Shown: piece after piece, positions 38,634 to 47,976 of the stretch
Layout: the number at the start of each line of letters is the position of its first letter
Numbering within the stretch: position 1 is the stretch's first letter
NCBI GenBank assembly: GCA_029941465.1
Contig: JAPYQN010000003.1
Location: forward strand, 4,513 to 68,512
Origin: Gammaproteobacteria bacterium
GTDB taxonomy: Bacteria > Pseudomonadota > Gammaproteobacteria > Steroidobacterales > UBA11654
Direction: 5' to 3'
Length of the DNA stretch: 64,000 nucleotides
Translations under genes and position numbers: made by a program
The notes under the pieces: model-generated
Databases searched by the model: none
The model's input: the letters and a program-made list of their open reading frames with translations, nothing else
Told to the model about the DNA's origin: nothing

Positions 38634-41246
38634 ATGAGTGACCCCAAAAAAGCTGCTGATATTATATCCATAGAGAATTCTTCAGACAAAAGCTTTGAGG
38701 ACGAATGGAAAATTGAAGTTAATGAGTGGGTTGAGTCCTTAGCAGCAGTCAAGGACAGTTATGGTCAAAAACAAGTCAAAGAACTGCTTAGATCTTTACA
38801 AAACTTTGCTTTAAGTCAAGGCATTACTTTAACTGAAGCAACCCTAAATACACCTTATAGAAATACCATTCCCTTATCTGAACAGCCTAGTTATCCAGGT
38901 AATTTAGAGTTAGAAAAAAAGATTGAAAATACCATACGTTGGAACGCCATGGCAATGGTTTTACAAGCTTATGATTCTGGAGAAGGTGTGGGAGGTCATA
39001 TTGCTACCTATGCTTCATCTGCCACAATGACAGAGGTGGCTTTAAATCATTTCATCAAATCCAGATCAGATGATTACCAAGGAGACATGATGAATATTCA
39101 GGCACATGCATCTCCTGGCATCTATTCTAGAGCATTTTTAGAAGGTCGACTTTCAATTGAAGAGTTAGGAAATTTTAGAAGAGAGTTGCAAGAAGAGGGC
39201 GGCCTTCCGTCTTATCCTCATCCAAGGAGACGTCCAGAATTATGGCCAAGTCCTACTGCATCAATGGGGCTTAATGGGGTGAATTCTATTTATTACGCTA
39301 GATTTGCAAAATATTTAAAAAATAGAGGATTATTGTCTAAGGATGTAGGGAAGATTTGGGCTTTTTTGGGTGATGGAGAGATGGATGAACCTGAGAGCAT
39401 TGGGACCATTAACATTGCTTCAAGAGAGCAACTAGATAATCTTATTTTTGTGGTTAATTGCAATCTTCAAAGATTGGATGGACCGGTTAGAGGTAATGGT
39501 AAGATTATTCAAGAGCTTGAAGCTGTATTTAGAGGCTCAGGATGGAATGTCATTAAAGTTATATGGGGTTCTGAGTGGGACTCATTATTTTCTATAGATC
39601 ATAATGATGTGATGCAGCGAAGAATGGATGAAGTTGTTGATGGTGAGTATCAAATGTATTCAGTTTCATCTGGTGAAAATCAAAGAGCGCATTGGATCAA
39701 AGGTAACAAGGAGCTTGAGTCTATAATGTCTAATTTGAGTGATAAAGAACTAAAAGACATCAAACGCGGTGGTTTTGATCATAAAAAACTTTATGCAGCA
39801 TTCGATAATGCTATGAAATCTAAGGGAAAACCAACTGTGCTTTTAGTTAAAACCCTAAAAGGTTATGGATTGGGAGAAGGGTCGGAAGGACGTAACATAG
39901 CACATCAAAAGAAGACCATGTCAGATGATGAGAGAATCGAGATTGCTGAACATTTGGGTATTCCATTATCGGATGAGGATAGGAAATTAGCTAAGTTTTA
40001 TATTCCAGATCCTAACTCTGAAGAAATGATGTATTTGCACTCTAGAAGAAAGGAGCTCGGAGGTTATCAACCAATTAGATTTAATTCTTGCGAGAAGCTT
40101 AAAGCGCCTGATATTGAATTATTTGATGATTTTGTTAATGGGATAGATCGATCTATTTCAACTACGCTAGTTTTGGTTAGGATGATTTCAAAAATGTTAA
40201 GAGAGGAAGATATTGGCAAGTATATTGTTCCAATTGTTCCTGACGAAGCTAGAACATTTGGCATGGACGGGTTGTTCTCACAAGCAGGAATTTATTCTCC
40301 TGAGGGCCAAAATTATCAACCTGTTGATGCAGGAACAATAGCTCCCTATAAAGAAGCTAAAGACGGTCAGATTCTCCAAGAAGGAATTTGTGAAGCCGGT
40401 GCAATGGCCTCATTCATGGCTGCAGGAACTGCTTATTCGCATTTTGAGCTACCCATGATTCCGTTTTATATTTTTTATTCCATCTTTGGTTTTCAAAGAG
40501 TTGGCGATATGATCTGGGCATGCGGTGATGCATTAACCAGAGGGTTTTTGATTGGCGGTACCGCAGGACGAACCACTCTTAATGGTGAAGGTGTTCAACA
40601 TCAAGATGGACATTCTCATGTCCTTGCTTCTGTGGTGCCAAACCTGATGACCTATGACCCGGCTTTTGGGTTTGAGTTGGCTGTGATTGTGCGAGAAGGA
40701 ATAAGAAGAATGTATCAAGAACAAGAGGATATTTTTTACTACATCACCGTTTACAATGAAAATTATACCCACCCACCCATCAACGATGTTACTCAAGATA
40801 GTATTCTAAAAGGCATGTATTGTTTTAAAAGAGCTACAAAAGATTTAGTAGATAAATATCAAGGTGAGCCCATACACTTGCTTGGCAGTGGCAGTATTAT
40901 GCAACAAGTCATTCAGGCACAAGAGGAATTAGAGCAAGAGGGGATTCCAACAAATATATGGAGTGTGACCAGTTATAATTTGTTGCATAAGGATTATCAA
41001 GAAGCAAGAAGTGAGGGTAAAAGTTCCTACCTTGAGACAATATTGGAAAATGAGCAGGGCCATTTTATTTCAGTTAGTGATTGGATAACTCTTTTACCAG
41101 ATAGTCTGGCTCACTTATTTCCAGGAACTTTTACAGCCTTGGGCACAGATGGTTTTGGTTTAAGCGAGTCTAGAGAAGCATTAAGAAATTACTTCGGTAT
41201 TAGTTCACAAGCGATCGTTGAAAAAGCTAAAGAATTAGCTAAATAA
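38634..41246 (+). CDS. aceE: pyruvate dehydrogenase E1 component, homodimeric type
   Basis: 870 aa. ThDP motif region GDGEMDEPES...NCNLQRLDG and overall AceE-like blocks. Confidence 0.9.
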   Translation: MSDPKKAADIISIENSSDKSFEDEWKIEVNEWVESLAAVKDSYGQKQVKELLRSLQNFALSQGITLTEATLNTPYRNTIPLSEQPSYPGNLELEKKIENTIRWNAMAMVLQAYDSGEGVGGHIATYASSATMTEVALNHFIKSRSDDYQGDMMNIQAHASPGIYSRAFLEGRLSIEELGNFRRELQEEGGLPSYPHPRRRPELWPSPTASMGLNGVNSIYYARFAKYLKNRGLLSKDVGKIWAFLGDGEMDEPESIGTINIASREQLDNLIFVVNCNLQRLDGPVRGNGKIIQELEAVFRGSGWNVIKVIWGSEWDSLFSIDHNDVMQRRMDEVVDGEYQMYSVSSGENQRAHWIKGNKELESIMSNLSDKELKDIKRGGFDHKKLYAAFDNAMKSKGKPTVLLVKTLKGYGLGEGSEGRNIAHQKKTMSDDERIEIAEHLGIPLSDEDRKLAKFYIPDPNSEEMMYLHSRRKELGGYQPIRFNSCEKLKAPDIELFDDFVNGIDRSISTTLVLVRMISKMLREEDIGKYIVPIVPDEARTFGMDGLFSQAGIYSPEGQNYQPVDAGTIAPYKEAKDGQILQEGICEAGAMASFMAAGTAYSHFELPMIPFYIFYSIFGFQRVGDMIWACGDALTRGFLIGGTAGRTTLNGEGVQHQDGHSHVLASVVPNLMTYDPAFGFELAVIVREGIRRMYQEQEDIFYYITVYNENYTHPPINDVTQDSILKGMYCFKRATKDLVDKYQGEPIHLLGSGSIMQQVIQAQEELEQEGIPTNIWSVTSYNLLHKDYQEARSEGKSSYLETILENEQGHFISVSDWITLLPDSLAHLFPGTFTALGTDGFGLSESREALRNYFGISSQAIVEKAKELAK

Positions 41247-41283
41247 TTCTGTCGTTACGGAGTGTTTTACTACAGTAAATAAG

Positions 41284-41889
41284 TTATGCCTCATTAGTGG
41301 TGGTTGAAGGGTTGCTAATTGCATTCTCATAAACTGCTATATAAGTCATCATTATAAAAGGCATTAAAAAGATAATGAATAAGCCTAGAATAGGAATAAT
41401 GGAAATTAACTCTGTGGCTATTGTTAGCGCTATAACTACAGCAAAAATTTTCCAGAAACCTAACTGATGCACAAGTTCTCTCGATTTACCTAATGCCTCT
41501 GTTGGAAGCATCTCTTTGTCCACCAATAAATAAATTCCTAGAACCCATGCTGTAATAAGATATAAACCGGGGGCTAGTAAAAGCATAAGCCCTAATGCTA
41601 TTCCTACTGTGTAAATGATGGAAAAAAGCAAGGCTTTCCACCACATTCCATTTTCGAAACCCGCCGACAAGGAATCTCCGACATCTACTTCCTCGCCCCT
41701 GGCAGCTTTTAACAAGAATTTAATAAACCCTACGAAAATAGCAGGTACGATAAGTATTCCCACAACCGTAATTGCTGCACATACACACAAAACTGCGTAG
41801 ATTAAAAAATTGAAAAATATTGTCCAATAATTCCTTTTTCCCAACTCAAACCCAATTGAAAAGTATTCTTCAGCTCTTATTTCTTTCAT
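41284..41889 (-). CDS. polytopic membrane protein, unknown function
   Basis: 201 aa with 4-5 helices. No family confidently recognised. Confidence 0.5.
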   Translation of the reverse strand: MKEIRAEEYFSIGFELGKRNYWTIFFNFLIYAVLCVCAAITVVGILIVPAIFVGFIKFLLKAARGEEVDVGDSLSAGFENGMWWKALLFSIIYTVGIALGLMLLLAPGLYLITAWVLGIYLLVDKEMLPTEALGKSRELVHQLGFWKIFAVVIALTIATELISIIPILGLFIIFLMPFIMMTYIAVYENAISNPSTTTNEA

Positions 41890-41920
41890 AAATGCTCCCT
41901 GTTTAATTCACTGTTATGCT

Positions 41921-42829
41921 CTACTCCACAGTAGTTAGCTTAGAAATTTCTTTGATATGTTCTGGACCAGTGCTGCAACATCCGCCAATTACATAAGCTC
42001 CTTTATCACTCCACTTTTTTGCTTCAAGTCCATACTCTTTTGGTGAGACTGTAACAGTATTAGCGTGATGATTTTCATCGATATCAAAAGCTTCACCTAA
42101 ATCGTTAATGGGGTTCTTCAATACGCATGAATTTGCAAATACTCCAAACTTCCCAGCCAGCTTTAAGGTATCAATCTGTGCCGAAACTAAGTCCATTGCT
42201 AAGCAATTAATTAGTTGGCATTCAATGTTAAGTTCATTCGCTGCATTAACCGCATCAATTAATGATTCACCGCTTGGTAATGCTTCACCATATAGACCTC
42301 TGGTTGTCCAGCTTAACCACACCCGATCAGAATATTGCTTCGCTGTACTCGCAGCCTGAATACCTTCTCTTATTGAACTCATTGTTTCACAGATAATTAG
42401 GTCAACTTGGTTTTCCATTATTGAACCAATTAAAGAATAAAATTGACTAAGTGCCTCATCTTTAGGGGTTAAGTCCGGTCTGAAACTTGTTTCAATTGGT
42501 GGGAAGGACCCAGCTATTAATGCCTCATAATCTTTCGAGGCTTCTTTGGCTAAATCTATTGATAGCTGAGTCAGTTCTTCGAACCGTATTTCTTCACCTT
42601 CTCTCTTGAGAATATTAGGTGTTATATAATAGTTATTAGTCGTTATAACGTTGCAACCCATTTTAATATTGTCTTCATGGATTTCTTTAACTGCTTGTGG
42701 ATTATGTATTAGGGCGTGTGCAGACCAAATAGATTTTTTCCAATCAGGTACTTCAAAACCTCTTTTATTAAGTTCTGTGCCCATAGCGCTATCGAGTATG
42801 TATTTCATATCTACCAACCCATGGTTCAA
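41921..42829 (-). CDS. homocysteine S-methyltransferase family protein
   Basis: About 300 aa with the C-terminal zinc-ligand motif GGCCSTGPEHI and an earlier Cys (NCLAM). An alternative start is at 42808 (MKYILDS). Confidence 0.75.
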   Translation of the reverse strand: MNHGLVDMKYILDSAMGTELNKRGFEVPDWKKSIWSAHALIHNPQAVKEIHEDNIKMGCNVITTNNYYITPNILKREGEEIRFEELTQLSIDLAKEASKDYEALIAGSFPPIETSFRPDLTPKDEALSQFYSLIGSIMENQVDLIICETMSSIREGIQAASTAKQYSDRVWLSWTTRGLYGEALPSGESLIDAVNAANELNIECQLINCLAMDLVSAQIDTLKLAGKFGVFANSCVLKNPINDLGEAFDIDENHHANTVTVSPKEYGLEAKKWSDKGAYVIGGCCSTGPEHIKEISKLTTVE

Positions 42830-42854
42830 TGAGTCAAGTTAACTTCTAAATTAA

Positions 42855-43052
42855 TCATTGTTTTGTTTTATCTTGCTGGTAAAAATAGATGTAAAGAATG
42901 GGCAACATACCCGCGGTGTTCAAAATAGCAAGAACAATAAACCATGCCAGTTGTCTATTGGTTGCTGCTTTCCATAGAGCAACTAATTCCCAACATAATG
43001 ACCAAATGATTAGAGGAATAATCCAGTAATATAATAATGGTGGTTCAAGCAT
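42855..43052 (-). CDS. small two-helix membrane protein (DUF5652-like)
   Basis: 65 aa. The LWKAATNRQLAWFIVLAILNT segment resembles the remembered DUF5652 pattern. Lies 17 nt after the kinase-like gene. Confidence 0.45.
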   Translation of the reverse strand: MLEPPLLYYWIIPLIIWSLCWELVALWKAATNRQLAWFIVLAILNTAGMLPILYIYFYQQDKTKQ

Positions 43053-43069
43053 ATCTTTTACATTTAGTG

Positions 43070-43756
43070 TTAATTTTTATAGATTAAATTTCTTATAATC
43101 CTATAATATTTTTCTACCAGGGTAGGTGCATAGTATATTAAATCTTTTGTGTCTATATCCTCATAATTTCTTTTATATTTATGTTTTATCCAAGCGTTTA
43201 GATCAGTTTTTCTTAAGAAGTTGAAACCCCACTTCTGTATGATCCAGCTTTCTTTATTAATTGTTATGGCTGTACCAAAATCAATCAGGAAAGGCTCGTT
43301 ATTTGCATTTACTAGGATATTATCTTTTCTTTTTAAATCTCCATGAGCTACACCCATTTTGTGCATTGTAGTAATTAGTTCAAATAATGACTGAAAAAAT
43401 ATTTCGTTATCAGACAGTTCATATTGTTTCTCACGATAAGAATGCCCCTCTATATGTTCTAAAATAAGATCCCCATTATTAGTTAATCCATAACAACCGG
43501 GGATACCCTTTAAACCTCTTAATTTATTGTATATTTTGCTCTCTTTTTTAAGTGAACGCTGATTAAAGAAACTTAATATAGTTTTAGACGTATTGGCTTT
43601 TTTAATGAGATAACATTGTCCGTTAAGTTTGAGGGCATACAGAAGACCTTGATTGCCCTCATAAGATTTAATCAATTTTTTACCAGTCTTAAGCTCTTTC
43701 TCTATAGACTGTACAAGAGCTGATTCGTTTAATGATTCTTGTTGTTGATTAGACAC
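43070..43756 (-). CDS. protein-kinase-like fold protein (Kdo/WaaP/RIO-like)
   Basis: Catalytic loop HGDLKRKDNILV and DFG motif. 8-nt overlap with the upstream methyltransferase gene. Confidence 0.6.
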   Translation of the reverse strand: MSNQQQESLNESALVQSIEKELKTGKKLIKSYEGNQGLLYALKLNGQCYLIKKANTSKTILSFFNQRSLKKESKIYNKLRGLKGIPGCYGLTNNGDLILEHIEGHSYREKQYELSDNEIFFQSLFELITTMHKMGVAHGDLKRKDNILVNANNEPFLIDFGTAITINKESWIIQKWGFNFLRKTDLNAWIKHKYKRNYEDIDTKDLIYYAPTLVEKYYRIIRNLIYKN

Positions 43757-44354
43757 GATTCCAAATAATAACTAACCATGTGAGAACATAGATTACAATC
43801 ACCGGTTCATAATTTGTAATTAAACTCTTCTTGAGTGACCAGCGTTTTAGATCTAATGGTTTATTAAAAATACCTTGGTTGAGTTTTGGCACTAGAGCAG
43901 GAGTTTTATTTGCCCAATTTTCCCAAGTTTCAGGGAATAATGATTTTAGCTTTCTATCTTCATATTCAATCGCTGGTGGATAATAAAACCAGAAAAATAT
44001 AGCAGCAGTTATCAAGGACCAAAGAGAACCATTGACTCCACACAACCCAAAGAGAATTATAATATTTCCAGTGTATAAAGGATGTCTCATAAAGGCATAA
44101 GGACCTGTAGTGGATAGTTCTTTATTCTTTAATACAAACCCTGAGGCATACATACGAGTAATAAGACCAAAAATGATTAGAGATATAGAAAAATGATGCT
44201 GAAATGGAATAGAAGGGTGTGGATCTGCAAAGTAACAAAAAATACTCACCAGTATTATTCCAATACCTTGTCTTGAAAATTCGTGATATCTCAATTCTCT
44301 AATCAGATGAGATAATCCAGATAATTTAGGCAGGTCGTGGGTTCGATGTGACAT
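43749..44354 (-). CDS. ICMT/PEMT-type membrane methyltransferase family protein
   Basis: 201 aa with multiple TM helices and the RHPLYTG motif typical of isoprenylcysteine carboxyl / phospholipid methyltransferase-like enzymes. Confidence 0.7.
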   Translation of the reverse strand: MSHRTHDLPKLSGLSHLIRELRYHEFSRQGIGIILVSIFCYFADPHPSIPFQHHFSISLIIFGLITRMYASGFVLKNKELSTTGPYAFMRHPLYTGNIIILFGLCGVNGSLWSLITAAIFFWFYYPPAIEYEDRKLKSLFPETWENWANKTPALVPKLNQGIFNKPLDLKRWSLKKSLITNYEPVIVIYVLTWLVIIWNRV

Positions 44355-44360
44355 AACTTC

Positions 44361-45233
44361 TTATTTCCTATTCTCGTTCACTTCTTCGACAAAAGCTTGA
44401 TCAATTTTTGAGATCCCTTGATTTTTTGCTTCTTTGATAATGCCTTTCAGCACCGTTTTAACAAATACTTTTGGTACTCCTGTTAATTGCTTGCAAGCAT
44501 TTGCAGTGAAAGTGATGTCTTCATCTAGCCTATTAGCTATATACATAACTGCTTCGTGTTCTGCTCCTTTCCCCTCTGGAGTCGGTATCCAAAAGGCTTT
44601 TTTATGTTTTGCAAACCAGAATTGGTTCGCATTTCTAAACCCAAAACTAATAGGCATATTTGGTACTTTCATATCGTCACCTAGATCAAGATTATCTCTC
44701 CAGGTTTCTCTCAGATATATTTTGTTTATTTTGAGGAGTAGATACTCAGTAGTTTCAGTGCCTTTATAATAAAAATCCTCGGGATTATCATTCAGTTCGC
44801 ATTCAAACACTTGAAACGCACCTTTAATGACTTTTGGTCTTTCAGGGTCTTCTCGATAAGCAACACTTGGGGTTTCTTCAAGTTCGAAAGCACAGTCTTT
44901 CATTTTTTCTTCAGGTTCTTGACCCGGGTAACCTAAGTCTACTATGTTTTTAATTTTGCTCTTATCGTACTCCACAAAATTCATCGCACACTTTTTAATT
45001 CTTTTGATGTTAGTTGAAGTGTTTGACCCTCTCCTCGAGATTACAATCCATTCTCTTCTGTTAATTACACCAAAGGGAAAAGAAAGCTGATAAGGCCCGA
45101 TACTTGTTATCCCTTGTTCATTTGTGGTTGTAATAAGAGCGAAAGAGCTGAGGAAATAAGCACTGGATTGATACCAGTTATCATGCATTGGGCTTTCAAC
45201 CCATCTCTCATCTTTCTTTTTCGAAAAAAGCAT
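44361..45233 (-). CDS. flavin-reductase-like split-barrel protein with BchB/ChlB C-terminal-like (PCP_red-like) tail
   Basis: The N-terminal half (FALITTTNEQGITSIGPYQLSFPFG) resembles flavin reductase-like domains. The last ~50 aa (FTANACKQLTGVPKVFVKTVLKGIIKEAKNQGISKI) fit the W/F..eA...L..vP.FVr....iE.fA...Gi..It pattern. Both calls are from memory. Confidence 0.45.
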   Translation of the reverse strand: MLFSKKKDERWVESPMHDNWYQSSAYFLSSFALITTTNEQGITSIGPYQLSFPFGVINRREWIVISRRGSNTSTNIKRIKKCAMNFVEYDKSKIKNIVDLGYPGQEPEEKMKDCAFELEETPSVAYREDPERPKVIKGAFQVFECELNDNPEDFYYKGTETTEYLLLKINKIYLRETWRDNLDLGDDMKVPNMPISFGFRNANQFWFAKHKKAFWIPTPEGKGAEHEAVMYIANRLDEDITFTANACKQLTGVPKVFVKTVLKGIIKEAKNQGISKIDQAFVEEVNENRK

Positions 45234-45309
45234 TTCAGAATTCTAACCGTTTTATCTTTAAAGTAATAATGCTAATTTATATTTTAGTTTATTAAATTTA
45301 TTAAATAAG

Positions 45310-46107
45310 ATGATCAGGGGATTTACATTACTCTTTTTTTACATTATCAGTGCTAGTGTGCAGGCTGTTCCAACAGATGAGCAGTTAGAAAAAGCTGATT
45401 ATTTAAATGGCAAGAATGTTTTTCAGCAACGATGTAGTGCTTGCCATACCTTAGCTGAAGATAGTGCTAATATAATTGGGCCAAATCTATGGCATATATT
45501 TAATCGGGGTGTTGGAGACGATATCAATTTTAGATACTCGGACTCAATGAGTTCTTCTAATTTAATTTGGGACAAGGAATTAATCTATAAATTTTTACGA
45601 GGACCTCAACAACTCTTTCCAGATAGTAATATGATAATTCCTGAACCTGTTCCTGAAGAACTATTGACCGATATGATTGCTTTTATGATGATTGAAACAG
45701 ACGCCCCCTATAAACCAAATATAGAAAGAATATTTATTGCTGAAAAACAAGACAAAAGTCTTCCAATTTCAGCACGTTTTCCTAGTTTTTGGAATCATTT
45801 AATGTTCAACACAACTCACTACAGATTAATTACGAATAATAATGAGATTGAATTTGATGCCTATTTTAATACCGACGGTTCTGTTTCAACAAACCTCAAG
45901 GATACAATTGGTTTCTGGCATGTTACAAATAAAGACATGTTTTGTTATGCGATCCACCGCATACCTTTTTCAATATCAGAATTTGTTGAATGTTTTCCTA
46001 TAGGTGCAATGGCAATACCTCGATTTGCTAAGGAGCTTTGGCGTTCAAAACCCAAAGAAGGGGTAATTCTTCATGGCGGGATTTTGCCAGGGAGACCTGT
46101 AGAATAA
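45310..46107 (+). CDS. secreted c2-type cytochrome c fused to an unknown ~140-aa C-terminal domain
   Basis: Signal peptide, single CSACH haem site, GPNL and YS motifs. The C-terminal half has no recognised family. Confidence 0.7.
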   Translation: MIRGFTLLFFYIISASVQAVPTDEQLEKADYLNGKNVFQQRCSACHTLAEDSANIIGPNLWHIFNRGVGDDINFRYSDSMSSSNLIWDKELIYKFLRGPQQLFPDSNMIIPEPVPEELLTDMIAFMMIETDAPYKPNIERIFIAEKQDKSLPISARFPSFWNHLMFNTTHYRLITNNNEIEFDAYFNTDGSVSTNLKDTIGFWHVTNKDMFCYAIHRIPFSISEFVECFPIGAMAIPRFAKELWRSKPKEGVILHGGILPGRPVE

Positions 46108-46126
46108 AAAAAGTTATAATAAAAAA

Positions 46127-47092
46127 ATGATAGATTTCAAAGAACTAAGTGATTCGCTTACTGGCAAGGTTAGAGGTAATCCAGTTGCAATAAGCCTATT
46201 TGAAGAAGTAATCCCAGAAGTTTATCAGAAGAAGAAAGTTGTTCCTTGTTCCATCGTTAGACATGCGATGGATAAGGGTGAAATAGTTTCATTTGATAAA
46301 CATCATCATGATTGTACAACCGGTGTTTATACAGCAGGTGTTCATGAGGGCACTGAAGAAATCAGAACAGGGCAATATCTTGCACAAAATATTCCTGCAT
46401 ATACCGATCTAGGGGCAGAGAAAATTAAAACTGGAGAATATATACTGCCACAAAACACAGTTGTAGGAATTGGTGCAGCTCCTCTTTCAGAGGTACCTTC
46501 AGGCATTCATGTTGATTGGATAGTCGTGGTTTGCACACCTCATTGGGCTAATTTCATTGGTGGAGCTCGGACAGTTTTAGACGGTACACCGCCTCGAGGG
46601 GCTGCCGGCTCTTCTTTCTGTAGCGACCTTTTTGCAACGCCATGGCATGATGGAAATGTTGTTATTACCCCAGGTGATCTAGGTGGTCGGATGAATAATC
46701 GTCTAAAACCTGAGGAAATGTTTGTGGTTGTACCAAATAAATATTTAGAAAGTTTGCTTAGCATCATGACTACAACGCCAGATGCAAGAGCTGTTCTTGA
46801 AGCCACTAAACCAGAAGAATCAGAATATTGGGATAAGAGAAAAAGAGCCAAGAAGGCTAAAGCAAAAAAACAGAATGATGAGCCTACGAACAATGATTTT
46901 GAATCAAAACTCAGCATGACTTGGGATCAAGAATCAAAAGACATCATTGCCATGACGCCTCCAGGAATTATTGAGATGGCGATAAATAATGTAGAGGATT
47001 TTGCAAGAGATAAGGGTATTGAACAAATTACCAAATCAGTGGTTATGGACCAAATGCAAAGCGTTGGCATGGATCCAAGCATGCTAAATTAG
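46127..47092 (+). CDS. DUF169-like protein with Lys-rich linker and PCP_red-like C-terminal domain
   Basis: The N-terminal ~230 aa have a DUF169-like pattern of Cys/Gly. Linker KRKRAKKAKAKKQ. C-terminus MTWDQESKDIIAMTPPGIIEMAINNVEDFARDKGIEQIT resembles the BchB/ChlB C-terminal domain. Confidence 0.5.
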   Translation: MIDFKELSDSLTGKVRGNPVAISLFEEVIPEVYQKKKVVPCSIVRHAMDKGEIVSFDKHHHDCTTGVYTAGVHEGTEEIRTGQYLAQNIPAYTDLGAEKIKTGEYILPQNTVVGIGAAPLSEVPSGIHVDWIVVVCTPHWANFIGGARTVLDGTPPRGAAGSSFCSDLFATPWHDGNVVITPGDLGGRMNNRLKPEEMFVVVPNKYLESLLSIMTTTPDARAVLEATKPEESEYWDKRKRAKKAKAKKQNDEPTNNDFESKLSMTWDQESKDIIAMTPPGIIEMAINNVEDFARDKGIEQITKSVVMDQMQSVGMDPSMLN

Positions 47093-47098
47093 CATTTC

Positions 47099-47959
47099 AT
47101 GAAAGGTAAAACTTGTTTAATTACTGGTACAGCTAGTGGTATGGGTAGAATTGCCGCAAAGGCACTTGCAGAAAAAGGCGCTAATCTCATACTTGTTGAT
47201 TTTGATACAGAGAATGGAATCTTAGCAAAAGATGAAATTATTCAGGACACAGGTAACCAGGCAGTTGAATATATTGATTGTGACGTCTCTTCTTTTGCTA
47301 ATTTAAGAAATTTATCAAAAAATATCTATGCTCGTTATGCTCATTTGGATGTTTTAATAAATAATGCTGGTATTACCGAGTCGTCCAGAAGGGAAAGTGT
47401 GGATGGCCATGAAATGACTATGGCAACAAATTTTCTAGCACCTTTTCTACTGTCTCATCTTCTATTGGATTTATTAAAAAAACGACAACATTCTAGAATT
47501 ATTAATATTTCATCAGACGGTCATAAAATGGCTAAGAATATTAATTTCCAATCAATGAATTTTGAAAGCGGTTGGGAGAATGTTAATCATTCAATGGGTT
47601 TTCAGGCTTATGCAAGATCAAAGCTCTGCCTAAATGCCTTTTCATTTAAATTATCAGAACAACTAAAAGGGACAAGCGTTGATGTTTATGCGGTTTCACC
47701 TGGTTATTTCATCAACACAAATATTCACAGACATATGCGGGGCATGCATGGCCTCTTTGTAAAATTAATTAAGCCTTTTTTGCAGTCTGCTGAGAGAGGT
47801 GCTTTGAACCATATTGTTATGGCTTCTGAATCAAAATATTCTGGTAGAACAGGTTTATACTGGGAGCATGGTGAAACAAAAGAGGCATCAGAACTCTCTT
47901 ATGATTCTGAGATTATAGACTTTGTTTGGGAGTATGCTTCAAAAGCTACAAATATTTGA
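47099..47959 (+). CDS. short-chain dehydrogenase/reductase (retinol-dehydrogenase-like)
   Basis: TGTASGMG, NNAG, YxxSK (YARSK) motifs. 286 aa. Confidence 0.8.
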   Translation: MKGKTCLITGTASGMGRIAAKALAEKGANLILVDFDTENGILAKDEIIQDTGNQAVEYIDCDVSSFANLRNLSKNIYARYAHLDVLINNAGITESSRRESVDGHEMTMATNFLAPFLLSHLLLDLLKKRQHSRIINISSDGHKMAKNINFQSMNFESGWENVNHSMGFQAYARSKLCLNAFSFKLSEQLKGTSVDVYAVSPGYFINTNIHRHMRGMHGLFVKLIKPFLQSAERGALNHIVMASESKYSGRTGLYWEHGETKEASELSYDSEIIDFVWEYASKATNI

Positions 47960-47976
47960 TACTTAGGAATTAAAAA

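Noticed and set aside
41247-41283. Possible bidirectional terminators in the convergent gaps after aceE (41247-41283), after the second DUF5916 gene (54167-54261, GCAG...CTGC) and after the 780-aa gene (58825-58905, CCATC...GATGG).
   Set aside because: The stems are only 4-5 bp with no flanking T-tracts, too weak to call.
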